This document shows, piece by piece, positions 25,726 to 35,433 of a stretch of 64,000 nucleotides of DNA (positions are counted from its first letter, which is position 1; every line of letters starts with the position of its first letter). Location: the NCBI GenBank assembly GCA_938036925.1, contig CALHVU010000052.1, forward strand, positions 893 through 64,892, given 5' to 3'. The notes beneath the pieces were generated by a model, which was given only the letters and a program-made list of their open reading frames with translations, was not told the DNA's origin and ran no database searches. Origin of the DNA: an uncultured Atopobium sp. GTDB lineage: Bacteria; Actinomycetota; Coriobacteriia; Coriobacteriales; Atopobiaceae. The translations under genes and the position numbers were made by a program.

Positions 25726-27393
25726 TTAGTTGGCGTTTTCCTCGGCGAGCGTCTGAAGCGTTGCCATGAGAGATGGAACAACCTGCTTCTTACGACTGAC
25801 AACACCTGGAAGAACAGCAATGTTGCCGTCAACCTTTACGTTAAAGGCGCGCTCGATGACGTTGGCAGCATTTGCGCCGTAGAAGAGCATCTCGGTGACC
25901 TGGCTCTTAACGTCGGTGAACATGTAGAAGACCATTGGAAGCTCTTCGGACTTAGCAGCAGTCTCCAAGAATGGTCCAACAAGTTCCTCTGCAGCTTTGC
26001 GGCTGGACTCGGTCATGAAGGAGCCCTGGCCAACGCCAAACTTTACGCCGCCACGGCTGAATACCTTGTAGTCACCGTGGAAGACTTCTTCTGCAGTACG
26101 ACCAGTGAGGTCTGCGCCAGCGTCAAACATTTGCTCAGAGTAAGCGTCAATGTCTTCTCCGCAAATCTCTGCAAGCTTCTTACCAGCAACAATATCGCGC
26201 TCGGTGCAGGTAGGGGAGCGGAATGCAAGGGTGTCGGAAAGAATTGCAGAGAGCATAAGGCCAGCAATATTCTTTGGAATATCAATGCCGTACTCGTGGT
26301 AAAGGCCATAGATGATGGTGCAGGTGCAGCCAACAGGGACGTTTCTAAAGGTAATTGGGTTGGAAGTCTCAATGGAGCCGATGCGGTGGTGATCAACAAT
26401 CTCCATGATCTCTGCTTGCTCAAGACCATCAACTGCCTGAGTGCGCTCGTTGTGGTCAACAAGAATGACATGCTTCTTGCGAGGGTTCAAAAGACCAGGG
26501 CCGCTAATAAGACCAGCAAAAGTACCGTTCTCGTTAATAACAGGGAAGAAGCGGTGCCTTGAGTTGGTCATTTCCTTACGAGCATCATCAATTGCGGTGT
26601 TGACGCTGAACTTAAGGATGTCGTCAGTGAGCATCTTCTCACGTACAGGCATAGACATGATAAGCAGGCGAGCTACCTCAAAGGTATCGCGTGGAGTGCT
26701 GATAATAGCGCAATCACGCTTTTTAGCCAGGTCAATGACGTCCTGAGCAATTGGAGCATCGCAAGAGACAATAAGGCAAGAAGCACCGTGCTCAACTGCG
26801 ATAGTCTGGTTCTCATGGTTGCCAGCAACAACAATGATATCGCCAGCGTCAACAATCTCTGAAAGAGCGGAAGCGCTGGTACCAACACGAATATTGCCCT
26901 GCTTAACAACGCCCTGAGGATCACCAAGAACCATGGTGCCACCAAGCGTAGAAACGATATTTGCATAGCTTGTCTTAGCCTTAGAGAGCAGGTTTGGCTC
27001 GGAAAGGCTCATGTTTGCATTTGCAATATCTTTAACGGCAATCAGACCGGTAAGCTCTTCTTCCTCATCAGTAACGCAGAGTGTATCAAGCTTAACGTCT
27101 TGCATAAGCTGCCAAGCAGCATAAAGACTCATTCCAGCATCAACTTTTGGCTGAGTCTGAATCTCTGCATCTTTGATCTGAGGAGTAACGGTAGTAATAA
27201 GCTGAGGCTCTTCAAAGCCAAAGTGATTTAAAACAAACGCAGTCTCACGGTTGAGTGAGCCAGCGCGACGAGCTTCATAGATAGGGTTATCAATCTGATT
27301 TTTGAGATACGCATAAGAAATTGCAGCACAAATGCTGTCTGTATCTGGGTTCAAATGGCCAATGATATTTACTTTACGAATTGCTTCTGCCAT
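25726..27393 (-). CDS. ppaC: CBS-domain-containing family II (DHH) inorganic pyrophosphatase
   Basis: DHH-family motifs (GHLNPDTDS, VDHNE, DHHRIG), an internal CBS/DRTGG-like insert, DHHA2-like C-terminus. Confidence 0.85.
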   Translation of the reverse strand: MAEAIRKVNIIGHLNPDTDSICAAISYAYLKNQIDNPIYEARRAGSLNRETAFVLNHFGFEEPQLITTVTPQIKDAEIQTQPKVDAGMSLYAAWQLMQDVKLDTLCVTDEEEELTGLIAVKDIANANMSLSEPNLLSKAKTSYANIVSTLGGTMVLGDPQGVVKQGNIRVGTSASALSEIVDAGDIIVVAGNHENQTIAVEHGASCLIVSCDAPIAQDVIDLAKKRDCAIISTPRDTFEVARLLIMSMPVREKMLTDDILKFSVNTAIDDARKEMTNSRHRFFPVINENGTFAGLISGPGLLNPRKKHVILVDHNERTQAVDGLEQAEIMEIVDHHRIGSIETSNPITFRNVPVGCTCTIIYGLYHEYGIDIPKNIAGLMLSAILSDTLAFRSPTCTERDIVAGKKLAEICGEDIDAYSEQMFDAGADLTGRTAEEVFHGDYKVFSRGGVKFGVGQGSFMTESSRKAAEELVGPFLETAAKSEELPMVFYMFTDVKSQVTEMLFYGANAANVIERAFNVKVDGNIAVLPGVVSRKKQVVPSLMATLQTLAEENAN

Positions 27394-27632
27394 CTTCGCC
27401 TCCCTGATAATGTCGATGATGTAACTTTCTAATTAGAACACACTTTAGTAAGCACATTTTGTTTCTTTTCTAATACCACCTTGTAGTGTACCCCTCTCTC
27501 TTTTTACTTAGAACAGAAAATCGCAGAAAAACAGCGGGCGTACCTGTGAATCTGGTAAATGTGTATAGGACAAATGACAATTCAAAAGTTGAAGGAAATT
27601 AGTACAATGAAATAGTTAACAAATCGATTGAA

Positions 27633-28451
27633 TTGGAATACCTAGTGAGTTCTCCTACGCGTTTTTCTGCTAAAAAAAGAAACGCTCGTCATATGGTTAA
27701 AGCAGCGCACGTCCCTGAGCCTTCATCTGAGGCAAGGGAAGTTGCACCTGTAGAAGCACCTCAGGCTCCCGTAGAGAAGGCTGATACTACGGCAAGTCCA
27801 GTGGCCTCTCTGCAGACTGCATCTGAGCAGCTTTCGTCTGCTTTTACGTCGTTTGTGCAGCGTAAGCCTGCAGAAGTGTCTGCTGCACAGCCTGCAGAAA
27901 AGTCCGCTACACAGCCCGCAGAAAAACCTGCAGAAAATATGCGGTCTAAAGTTGAGCCAGAAAAAGAGAAGCGTCAGAAAACGCCTCTATCTGCCCGCAA
28001 AAGCATTCGTGTGGAGAAGCGTCCTCGCAATCAAGCAGATCCAGAACCAGAGCAGCGTCATTCTCGCCCGGTGAGTGCGGGCAGAAGAAAGCTCGAGCTG
28101 GTAAGCGTTGTTGCAATTTTGGTGCTTGCGGTGCTCTCGATTGTTCTGGTTAACCGACCAAGTCAAAAAACGCTGGTATTCGGCGACAATCAGGTGACGT
28201 ATACCGGCACTACCATTCAGGGAAAGATGAATGGTCAAGGCAAAATGACCTTTGAAAATGGCGATACCTACGAGGGAGAATTTGTTGATGGGTATTTCCA
28301 GGGTATGGGAACGTATACTTCAAAAGATGGCTGGACGTACGAAGGTCAGTTTGTAAAAGGCCAGGCAGACGGACAGGGAAAGCTCACTACGCAAGACAAC
28401 ATTGTGTATGAAGGAACTTTTAAGCAAGGGATTTATCAAAGTGCGAATTAA
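27633..28451 (+). CDS. Membrane-anchored MORN-repeat protein
   Basis: C-terminal YEGEFVDGYFQGMGTYT..YEGQFVKGQADGQG..YEGTF MORN repeats and one TM span. Start uncertain (TTG 27633, GTG 27646 or ATG 27693). Confidence 0.7.
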   Translation: MEYLVSSPTRFSAKKRNARHMVKAAHVPEPSSEAREVAPVEAPQAPVEKADTTASPVASLQTASEQLSSAFTSFVQRKPAEVSAAQPAEKSATQPAEKPAENMRSKVEPEKEKRQKTPLSARKSIRVEKRPRNQADPEPEQRHSRPVSAGRRKLELVSVVAILVLAVLSIVLVNRPSQKTLVFGDNQVTYTGTTIQGKMNGQGKMTFENGDTYEGEFVDGYFQGMGTYTSKDGWTYEGQFVKGQADGQGKLTTQDNIVYEGTFKQGIYQSAN

Positions 28452-30252
28452 ATGGTTTTCGCTTGTACGTATAACAGGACTCGTTTTAGTCCTCATATAT
28501 CACTTTTTTAAGGATGCGCTTCCAGGCGGCTTTATTGGTGTCGACGTATTCTTTACGTTCTCGGGCTATCTCATCACGGCTCTTTTGATTGACGAGTTTG
28601 CTCGCTTTAGATCCATCGACGTCATTGGATTCCTGCGCAGGCGTTTCTACAGAATTGTGCCGCCGCTTGTGTTTATGGTGCTTGTGTGCACGCCGTTTCT
28701 TCTGCTTGTGCGTACCGAGTTCATTTCCGGTATTAAGTATCAGATTGCCGCAGCTCTTGGCTTTGTGACTAACTACTTTGAGATAGTTCTGGGCAACAGC
28801 TATGAGAATCAATTTGCTCCTCACGTGTATCTGCACACCTGGAGTCTTGCCGTTGAAATGCACTTTTATGTGCTCTGGGGTTTGTGCGCCTGGCTGCTTG
28901 CTTGCATGAGCAAAACAATTAGAAGCTATAAGGTAAAGATTGCTGGAGCTTCCCTGGTGCTATTGGTTGTTACTTACTTGGCGATGGCCACCGGCGCCCA
29001 AAACTCCACGAATCTTTCTATCCAGTATTTCTCGACGCAAACGCACGTGTTCCCCTTCTTTATCGGTGCGCTTTTATCGTGTGTTGCAGGAATTGCCCAG
29101 ACAGGCGAGCTCTTTGACCAGCTTGAGCAGAAGCTTTCTACTCAGCTAACGCTTGTGGGCCTTGTGGCAAGTTGCGGCGTTCTTGTCTTTCTGAGCGTCT
29201 TCATGCACTTCGAGGACCTCTTTACGTACACCTTTGGTTTCCTTTTTGCCTCGCTCGCAGCAGCCGCAATGATTTTCTTTGCTCGCATGTTGCATCAAAA
29301 AACCGAGGGTATCAACGAGCCTGGCATCGTTTCTTTTGTGGCAGATACCAGCTACGGCGTGTATCTGTTCCACTGGCCTTTGTACATTATTTTTGCCGAG
29401 AAGGTCGATCCAGTCCTGGCTGCACTTCTAACCCTGGTGCTTTCGTTTGTATTTGCAAGTTGCTCGTTCTATGTGCTTGAGCCAGCGTTGGCAGGGAAGT
29501 CTCCAGAGATCTTCTCGCGCATCAAGCTTGATGGTAAGAAGGTTTTGCGAGGTACCGGCCTTGCGCTTATTCCTTTTGCTGCGGCCGTTGCCTTTATTGC
29601 GCTAACCGCTCCACAGCTTAGCGATTTCCAGAACGATCTGCTGCTCAACGCTTCGTTACAGGAGCAGAGCACCATGACCATGACTCGCAAGCATGCGGAT
29701 ACCTCGCAGGCAAGCAACTACAACGTTGTTGAGGGAGTCACCTACATTGGCGATTCTGTTTCGCTGCGTGCTCGTTCTTACCTGCAGGATGCGCTGCCCG
29801 ATGCTCAAATTGACGCTTCTGTTAGTAGAAACGTGGCGATGGGCGTAGATTTGCTGCAGTCTGCAATCGACAACAACACCCTCTACCAGGACGTTGTTGT
29901 TGCCCTGGGTACCAACCCTGTTGGCGGCTCCGATGCGGTTGATAAGATTGTGGACATGCTGCCGCGTGGACATCGTCTGATTTTTGTCACTCCGTATGAC
30001 GGTAGAAACTCCGATCCAAATGCTGGTGCAAATGCCATCCGTGCTCATGAGCTTGAGCTCGCTCAACAGTACGACTTCATTACCATTGCGGATTGGGCAC
30101 AGATTGCTCAGGATAATCCTGACATTTGGGCAGGTACTGACTACGTTCACTTTGGCTCAGATTCAGATTCCATTAATCGAGGCGGTACCCTCTACGCGCA
30201 GATGGTTAAAGACGCCGTAGATAAAGCAAATCAGGGCCACGTAAAACCGTAA
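28441..30252 (+). CDS. OatA-like O-acyltransferase (acyltransferase-3 domain plus SGNH-like domain)
   Basis: LRITGLVLVLIYHFF..GFIGVDVFFTFSGYLIT motif, about 10 TM, C-terminal YIGDSV SGNH-like domain. The GTG at 28441 overlaps the upstream stop. Confidence 0.8.
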   Translation: MRIKWFSLVRITGLVLVLIYHFFKDALPGGFIGVDVFFTFSGYLITALLIDEFARFRSIDVIGFLRRRFYRIVPPLVFMVLVCTPFLLLVRTEFISGIKYQIAAALGFVTNYFEIVLGNSYENQFAPHVYLHTWSLAVEMHFYVLWGLCAWLLACMSKTIRSYKVKIAGASLVLLVVTYLAMATGAQNSTNLSIQYFSTQTHVFPFFIGALLSCVAGIAQTGELFDQLEQKLSTQLTLVGLVASCGVLVFLSVFMHFEDLFTYTFGFLFASLAAAAMIFFARMLHQKTEGINEPGIVSFVADTSYGVYLFHWPLYIIFAEKVDPVLAALLTLVLSFVFASCSFYVLEPALAGKSPEIFSRIKLDGKKVLRGTGLALIPFAAAVAFIALTAPQLSDFQNDLLLNASLQEQSTMTMTRKHADTSQASNYNVVEGVTYIGDSVSLRARSYLQDALPDAQIDASVSRNVAMGVDLLQSAIDNNTLYQDVVVALGTNPVGGSDAVDKIVDMLPRGHRLIFVTPYDGRNSDPNAGANAIRAHELELAQQYDFITIADWAQIAQDNPDIWAGTDYVHFGSDSDSINRGGTLYAQMVKDAVDKANQGHVKP

Positions 30253-30556
30253 GCTCACTTAAACCACAAAAGGCCACGTCAACCAAAATAACCTACGTTA
30301 GTCCACAATTTTGTTGCCATTCTCCCTACTCGTTCGTAACGACGCGGTTGAATGGCAATTTACAGTGCGATTGTGCTATATATCTTGGAGATTTGGTGTC
30401 CCTTGCGACAAACCATCCGAAGACGGCAATCTAACGCGAGCCATGATCGCAATTAATGGGTCAATTCATTATTATGTATAAATAAGGACAAATATTCGTA
30501 ATGATGAATAGCTATATATAAATAGTTTAACTACCTCTATTTTCGAGCCTCTAGCT

Positions 30557-30686
30557 ACACACCTATGTCGGATAATCTGCTAAATGTGAAGCAAAAAACA
30601 CACCTAAGTCAAATAATCTGCAAGATATAGAGGTTTTGAGTACAATGTATACGCCTTTTGAGCAGATTATCTGACATAGGTGTGTT
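30557..30686. repeat. ~130-bp structured repeat element, copy A (direct repeat 1, direct repeat 2, core, inverted repeat)
   Basis: ACACACCTATGTCGGATAATCTGC at 30557-30580, ACACACCTAAGTCAAATAATCTGC at 30598-30621, AATGTATACG core, inverted GCAGATTATCTGACATAGGTGTGT at 30662-30685. A homologous copy lies at 40861-40990. Confidence 0.85.
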
Positions 30687-30772
30687 CTCGCGTTCCACGT
30701 CGCACCCTCGCGCTCCACGTCGCACCCTCGCGCACCGCATCGAACCCTCGCGCACCGCAACGTGACCTCGCG
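30687..30772. repeat. Phased 20-bp tandem array with CTCGCG anchors
   Basis: CTCGCG occurs at 30687, 30707, 30727, 30747 and 30767. Units: TTCCACGTCGCACC / CTCCACGTCGCACC / CACCGCATCGAACC / CACCGCAACGTGAC. Confidence 0.85.
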
Positions 30773-30881
30773 TTTTGCAGGCATATCCTCTTTCCAGCTT
30801 CTCTACTGTGGAGTCCCCGCGATATTTCATTAGAATGGACTATGTGAATATTTCATCTGACAGCCCCTTAAGGAGGAGCAC

Positions 30882-32561
30882 ATGGCAGAGTTTGTCTATC
30901 AGATGTACAAAGCCCGCAAAGCTGTCGGCGAGAAGGTCATCCTTGATGACGTCACCGTCGGCGTGTACCCTGGCGCAAAAATCGGTGTCGTGGGTCCAAA
31001 TGGAATGGGAAAGTCCACACTGCTCAAGGTTATTGCCGGCATAGAGGACGTCTCTAACGGCGAGGCAAAGCTTACCCCAGGTTACACCGTTGGCCTGCTC
31101 CAGCAGGAGCCGCCGCTGGATAAGACCAAAACGGTCAAGGAGAACATTGAGCTTGCCTTCGGTGACCTGCTTGCCAAGATTGCGCGCTTCAACGAGATTG
31201 GCGTTGAGATGGGCAATCCTGACGCCGATTTTGACGCGCTCATGGCAGAGATGGGCCAGCTCCAGACCGAGATCGACGCAGCTAACGGCTGGGACCTGGA
31301 CAGCCAGCTCTCTCAGGCAATGGATGCGCTCCAGTGCCCTGATCCAGACTCTCCCGTCACCCACCTTTCGGGTGGCGAGAAACGCCGTGTAGCCCTATGT
31401 CGTCTGCTTCTCGAGGCACCTGACTTGCTGCTTCTTGACGAGCCCACCAACCACCTTGACGCTGAGTCGGTGCTCTGGCTTGAGAAGTTCCTGCATGATT
31501 ACCCCGGCGCCGTCATGGCTGTCACGCACGATCGCTACTTCCTCGACGACGTCGCCGAGTGGATCTGCGAGGTTGATCGCGGACAGCTTTATCCTTATGA
31601 GGGCAACTACTCAACTTACCTGGAGAACAAGGCAGCTCGCCTTGAGGCTCAGAACCAGCAGGACGCTAAGCGCGCAAAGAAAATGCGCGCTGAGCTGGAG
31701 TGGGTTCGTTCGTCTCCTAAGGCTCGCCAGGCAAAGAACCGCGCGCGTCTTGATCGCTATGAGCAGATGGAAGCAGAGGCTCGTGCGTCCAAGAAACTCG
31801 ACTTCACCGAGATCCAGATTCCTGTGGGTCCGCGCCTGGGCCAGAAGGTTCTGGAGGCCGATCACATCCATAAGGCCTTTGGAGACCGCGTTCTTATCGA
31901 CGACCTCTCGTTTAGCCTGCCAAGAAACGGCATTGTTGGCGTGATTGGCCCTAACGGTGTTGGTAAATCTACGCTGTTCAAGGCCATTGTTGGCCAGGAG
32001 GAGCTCACTTCCGGCACGCTTGAGATTGGCGAGACGGTTCAAATTTCTTACGTTGACCAGCTCAGGCAGGGAATCGATCCAGATAAGACTATCTGGGAGG
32101 TTGTCTCCGACGGAAACGACTTCATCAAGGTGGGGGACACGGAGATTCCAAGCCGCGCCTATGTGGCTAGCTTCGGCTTCAAAGGACCTGATCAGCAGAA
32201 ACGCGCTGGTGTCCTTTCTGGTGGCGAGAGGAACCGTCTAAACCTTGCCCTTACGCTTAAGCAGGGTGGAAACCTCCTGCTTCTGGACGAGCCTACCAAC
32301 GACCTCGATATTGAGACGCTGGAAAGCCTTGAGGATGCACTTGAGCGCTTCCCAGGATGCTCGGTGGTAACCAGCCATGACCGCTGGTTCTTGGACCGCA
32401 TTGCTACGCATATCCTTGCGTGGGAGGGCGACGACGAGAACCCAGGTAAGTGGTTCTGGTTTGAGGGTAACTTTGAGGCTTACCAGGCCAATCGTATCGA
32501 AAGACTTGGCCAGGAGGCTGCTCGTCCTCATCGTATCCATCGCAAACTTACGCGCGATTAA
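30882..32561 (+). CDS. ettA: ABC-F translational throttle ATPase EttA
   Basis: MAEFVYQMYKARKA N-terminus and two ABC cassettes (GPNGMGKST/LSGGEKRR and GPNGVGKST/LSGGERNR). AAGGAGGAG RBS. Confidence 0.9.
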   Translation: MAEFVYQMYKARKAVGEKVILDDVTVGVYPGAKIGVVGPNGMGKSTLLKVIAGIEDVSNGEAKLTPGYTVGLLQQEPPLDKTKTVKENIELAFGDLLAKIARFNEIGVEMGNPDADFDALMAEMGQLQTEIDAANGWDLDSQLSQAMDALQCPDPDSPVTHLSGGEKRRVALCRLLLEAPDLLLLDEPTNHLDAESVLWLEKFLHDYPGAVMAVTHDRYFLDDVAEWICEVDRGQLYPYEGNYSTYLENKAARLEAQNQQDAKRAKKMRAELEWVRSSPKARQAKNRARLDRYEQMEAEARASKKLDFTEIQIPVGPRLGQKVLEADHIHKAFGDRVLIDDLSFSLPRNGIVGVIGPNGVGKSTLFKAIVGQEELTSGTLEIGETVQISYVDQLRQGIDPDKTIWEVVSDGNDFIKVGDTEIPSRAYVASFGFKGPDQQKRAGVLSGGERNRLNLALTLKQGGNLLLLDEPTNDLDIETLESLEDALERFPGCSVVTSHDRWFLDRIATHILAWEGDDENPGKWFWFEGNFEAYQANRIERLGQEAARPHRIHRKLTRD

Positions 32562-32598
32562 CGCATAGGTGACGAAAGAGCAGCGTACACAAACAGAA

Positions 32599-32623
32599 GA
32601 TAAAAATAGTAACTATTTTTATC
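32599..32623. promoter_or_regulatory. Perfect 25-bp A/T-rich palindrome between ettA and the ferritin gene
   Basis: GATAAAAATAGT-A-ACTATTTTTATC (12-bp arms). Confidence 0.4.
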
Positions 32624-32669
32624 GTTAAGATTTTGTGCAGACTGTTTAAGAGACTAACAACTGGGTATC

Positions 32670-32703
32670 AAAAATGAGAAGCCAAAGAGCTTCTCATTTT
32701 TTA
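32670..32703 (+). terminator. Rho-independent terminator 32 nt before the ferritin start
   Basis: ATGAGAAGC-loop-GCTTCTCAT followed by TTTTTT. Confidence 0.75.
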
Positions 32704-32734
32704 TGAGAAAAAAGTTATGAGGAAAGAGAAGAAC

Positions 32735-33250
32735 ATGGCACTTGATACAAACGTTGGTAACATCCTTACTCAGCAAATCAACAAAGAGTTCTATTCCGCT
32801 TATCTGTATCTAACCTTTGCAGATTTCTATGAGGAGCAGGGCCTGAAGGGCTTTGCAAACTGGTATGTTATTCAGTCTCAGGAAGAGCTTGCTCACGCAC
32901 GTATTCTTCGTCGTTACCTGCTTGATAACGATTGGACTCCAACCATGGAGGCAATCGCAAAGCCAGACCTTACCTTCTCCAAGGTAGTTGAGCCAATCAA
33001 GGCAGCATACGAGCACGAGCAGTTCATTACCGCAAGCATTAACGAGTGCTATGCCGTTGCTCAGAAGGCAAACGATTTCCGTACCATGCAGCTGCTTGAC
33101 TGGTACGTTAAGGAGCAGGGCGAGGAAGAGGCAAATGCTTCCGATCTTCTCAAGGCAGTGGAGCTCTTTGGTGGAGATCCAAAGAACCTGTATGACCTTG
33201 ACCGCGAGAACGCCGCTCGCGTCTTTGTCGCACCAACTATGCCAATGTAA
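32735..33250 (+). CDS. ftnA: Non-haem bacterial ferritin
   Basis: LTQQINKEFYSAYLYLTFADFYE...SQEELAHA ferroxidase-centre pattern. ATG at 32735 follows AGGAAAGAGAAG. Confidence 0.9.
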   Translation: MALDTNVGNILTQQINKEFYSAYLYLTFADFYEEQGLKGFANWYVIQSQEELAHARILRRYLLDNDWTPTMEAIAKPDLTFSKVVEPIKAAYEHEQFITASINECYAVAQKANDFRTMQLLDWYVKEQGEEEANASDLLKAVELFGGDPKNLYDLDRENAARVFVAPTMPM

Positions 33251-33351
33251 GTAGCGGCTTAAGCGCAGCTCGTTTGCGGCAGCAGCTTAAGCGCGACCCG
33301 CACGCGGGTGGGCGGCAGCTTGCGCGCAGCAGCTCGTTTGTAGCTTATACG

Positions 33352-34257
33352 CTACAGTGGAGTTTCAATAGCCTCTGATTTGTTCGAAGAGGCGCCTGAA
33401 AGCTCAGCAAAGATGGCACCGCCTATGATGCAGGCGGTGCCTATTATTTTGAGAAGACCAAAAGGCTCGCCAAGGATAAGTGCCGAGAAAATAACTGCAG
33501 ATAGTGGCTCAAGGTAGCCAAAGACTGCCACGCGCTGAACTGGAATCTTGGTAAGTTGTGGGAAATACAAAAATGATCCAAGGCCTGTGTTAAAGAGGCC
33601 GATGGTCAAAACGGCAAGCCAATTTACCGATGCTGGATCCGCGGGCAGCTCAATGCCATGGAATATAACAGTAACCAGAGCAACAATAGCGCAGCCAATG
33701 CCCAGCTGAATGCTGGTGCCTTCAATACCAGAAACATCTTTGAGCTGCCTGTTACAAATAACCATGACGGCATAAAGAACAGCAGAGAGAGCGCCTAGAA
33801 GAAGGCCAGCTGGCGAGAGGTTCAGTCCAACTCCATAGCCAATAATAAGGGCAGCTCCAATAACAACTATAAGGAAGCCAAGTATCTTTTTAGCAGTGAG
33901 TTTCTCGCCAAATAAAAGGGGAGAGAGCGCCATTACAATAACGGGACCGCAGTAATACTCAAGTGTTGCGATTCCAACGCCTACCAGGTGATACGCCTCA
34001 AAAAGGAAGGTCCACTGAAGACCCAAGGCAATGCCTGATCCAACGAGCGCCTGGAAGTCTTTGGGGTAGTTTTGAATGGTAAAAGCCTCTTTTTGTACAA
34101 GTTTAACCATGAGCAAAAAGAGCGTTCCCAAAAGCATACGGAAGAAGACAATTTGGTAGCTAGGAAGATTGATAAGGCTTGCAACGATTCCATTAGAACC
34201 GCAGATGATAAGCGCAATTAGGTAGAGCACGGTAGGTTTAAACGTGGCGTCTCTCAT
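33352..34257 (-). CDS. EamA/DMT-family transporter
   Basis: About ten TM spans in two EamA-like halves. Confidence 0.8.
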   Translation of the reverse strand: MRDATFKPTVLYLIALIICGSNGIVASLINLPSYQIVFFRMLLGTLFLLMVKLVQKEAFTIQNYPKDFQALVGSGIALGLQWTFLFEAYHLVGVGIATLEYYCGPVIVMALSPLLFGEKLTAKKILGFLIVVIGAALIIGYGVGLNLSPAGLLLGALSAVLYAVMVICNRQLKDVSGIEGTSIQLGIGCAIVALVTVIFHGIELPADPASVNWLAVLTIGLFNTGLGSFLYFPQLTKIPVQRVAVFGYLEPLSAVIFSALILGEPFGLLKIIGTACIIGGAIFAELSGASSNKSEAIETPL

Positions 34258-34260
34258 CGG

Positions 34261-35283
34261 CTACTCGCAAATTTCTGTATCCACGGACTGTGGAATTCTA
34301 TCGTTACAAATTACCTGGTAGAACAGTTTTTCTTGCTCCCGCTGATCGGAGGTCTGACCAAGCATCCACATAGTTTTTGCAACCAGGGCCTCGGTGGTCA
34401 TGTCGTCTCCAGAGAGAACGCCAGGCATATCCTGATAAGCCCTACCAACTTCATAAACGCCAAGGTCAAGGCCCTCTTCAGGGACTTGCGTAGTGATAAC
34501 AACCGTGCGACCAGAAGCAATCCAATCGGTGATAGCTTCCTCATAAGAGCCGTCGTACGAAGGGATGCCGCCAATACCAAAGGTTTCAAGCACAATGGCG
34601 TCGTAGTCATTCTTCAGAAGGTAGAAGATAGATGGATTAAGCTCGGGGGTCAGTTTAAGCACAATGACACGTGTATTAAGCGTTTCATAGGTGGTAAGAC
34701 CGCCATCTACCTGCTCTTGATTTGGAGCACTACGAATAATCTTGTTGCCACGGATGTGGGCAAGCGGTGGATAATTCATGCTCGTAAATGCATTGAAGCT
34801 CAGGGTGCGCTGTTTATGAGCGCGGGTGCCGGCAATAACCTCGTTGCCAAAAACCACCACAACTCCGGCGCTTCTGTCGTCAAGTGCGTAGAGAACGGAG
34901 TGGTAGAGGTTAAGTTTGGCGTCGGTAAACGGATTTGCCATTGGCTGTTGAGAGCCTGTGAGCACAATGGGTTTCTCGCTATTTTGAATCAGGTAGGAGA
35001 GGGCAGCGGCGGTATATGCCATGGTATCGGTGCCGTGAAGGATAATAAAGCCGTCGTAGGCATCGTATGACTCAATAATGGCGTCTCTGATTTGGAGCCA
35101 GTCTTGAGGACGCATATTGGTGCTGTCGATATTCATGACTTGTTTGAAATCAAATTCACAGAGGTCATGAACAAGAGGGACATTGGCTAAAAGCTCTTCT
35201 CCCGAAAGTGAGGGAGCCAAGCCCGATTCAGTGGAAACAGAAGCAATAGTTCCTCCTGTTGCCATCAGTAAAAGTTTCTTCAC
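34261..35283 (-). CDS. ansA: L-asparaginase, type I
   Basis: KKLLLMATGGTIAS and ILHGTDTMAYTAA motifs. GTG at 35283 has a GGGGGA RBS. The 132 codons upstream in the ORF-track entry are judged non-coding. Confidence 0.85.
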   Translation of the reverse strand: MKKLLLMATGGTIASVSTESGLAPSLSGEELLANVPLVHDLCEFDFKQVMNIDSTNMRPQDWLQIRDAIIESYDAYDGFIILHGTDTMAYTAAALSYLIQNSEKPIVLTGSQQPMANPFTDAKLNLYHSVLYALDDRSAGVVVVFGNEVIAGTRAHKQRTLSFNAFTSMNYPPLAHIRGNKIIRSAPNQEQVDGGLTTYETLNTRVIVLKLTPELNPSIFYLLKNDYDAIVLETFGIGGIPSYDGSYEEAITDWIASGRTVVITTQVPEEGLDLGVYEVGRAYQDMPGVLSGDDMTTEALVAKTMWMLGQTSDQREQEKLFYQVICNDRIPQSVDTEICE

Positions 35284-35433
35284 ACGTCCCCCATGAACTC
35301 CAATTGTGCAGACTTTACAGAAAATCAGTCTGTATAGCGCTTTATTGTAACGGGATAGATGCTTTTCAGGGCGAGAAAAGCAAAGTCGGTGTATTCTTTT
35401 TTTGGTAAACGAATCTTTTAGCAAGGATTGTTG

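Noticed and set aside
30563-31044. ORFs 30563-30784, 30609-30830 (minus strand) and 30775-31044 (plus strand).
   Set aside because: They run through repeat element A and the 20-bp array, or overlap the well-supported ettA start. No RBS.
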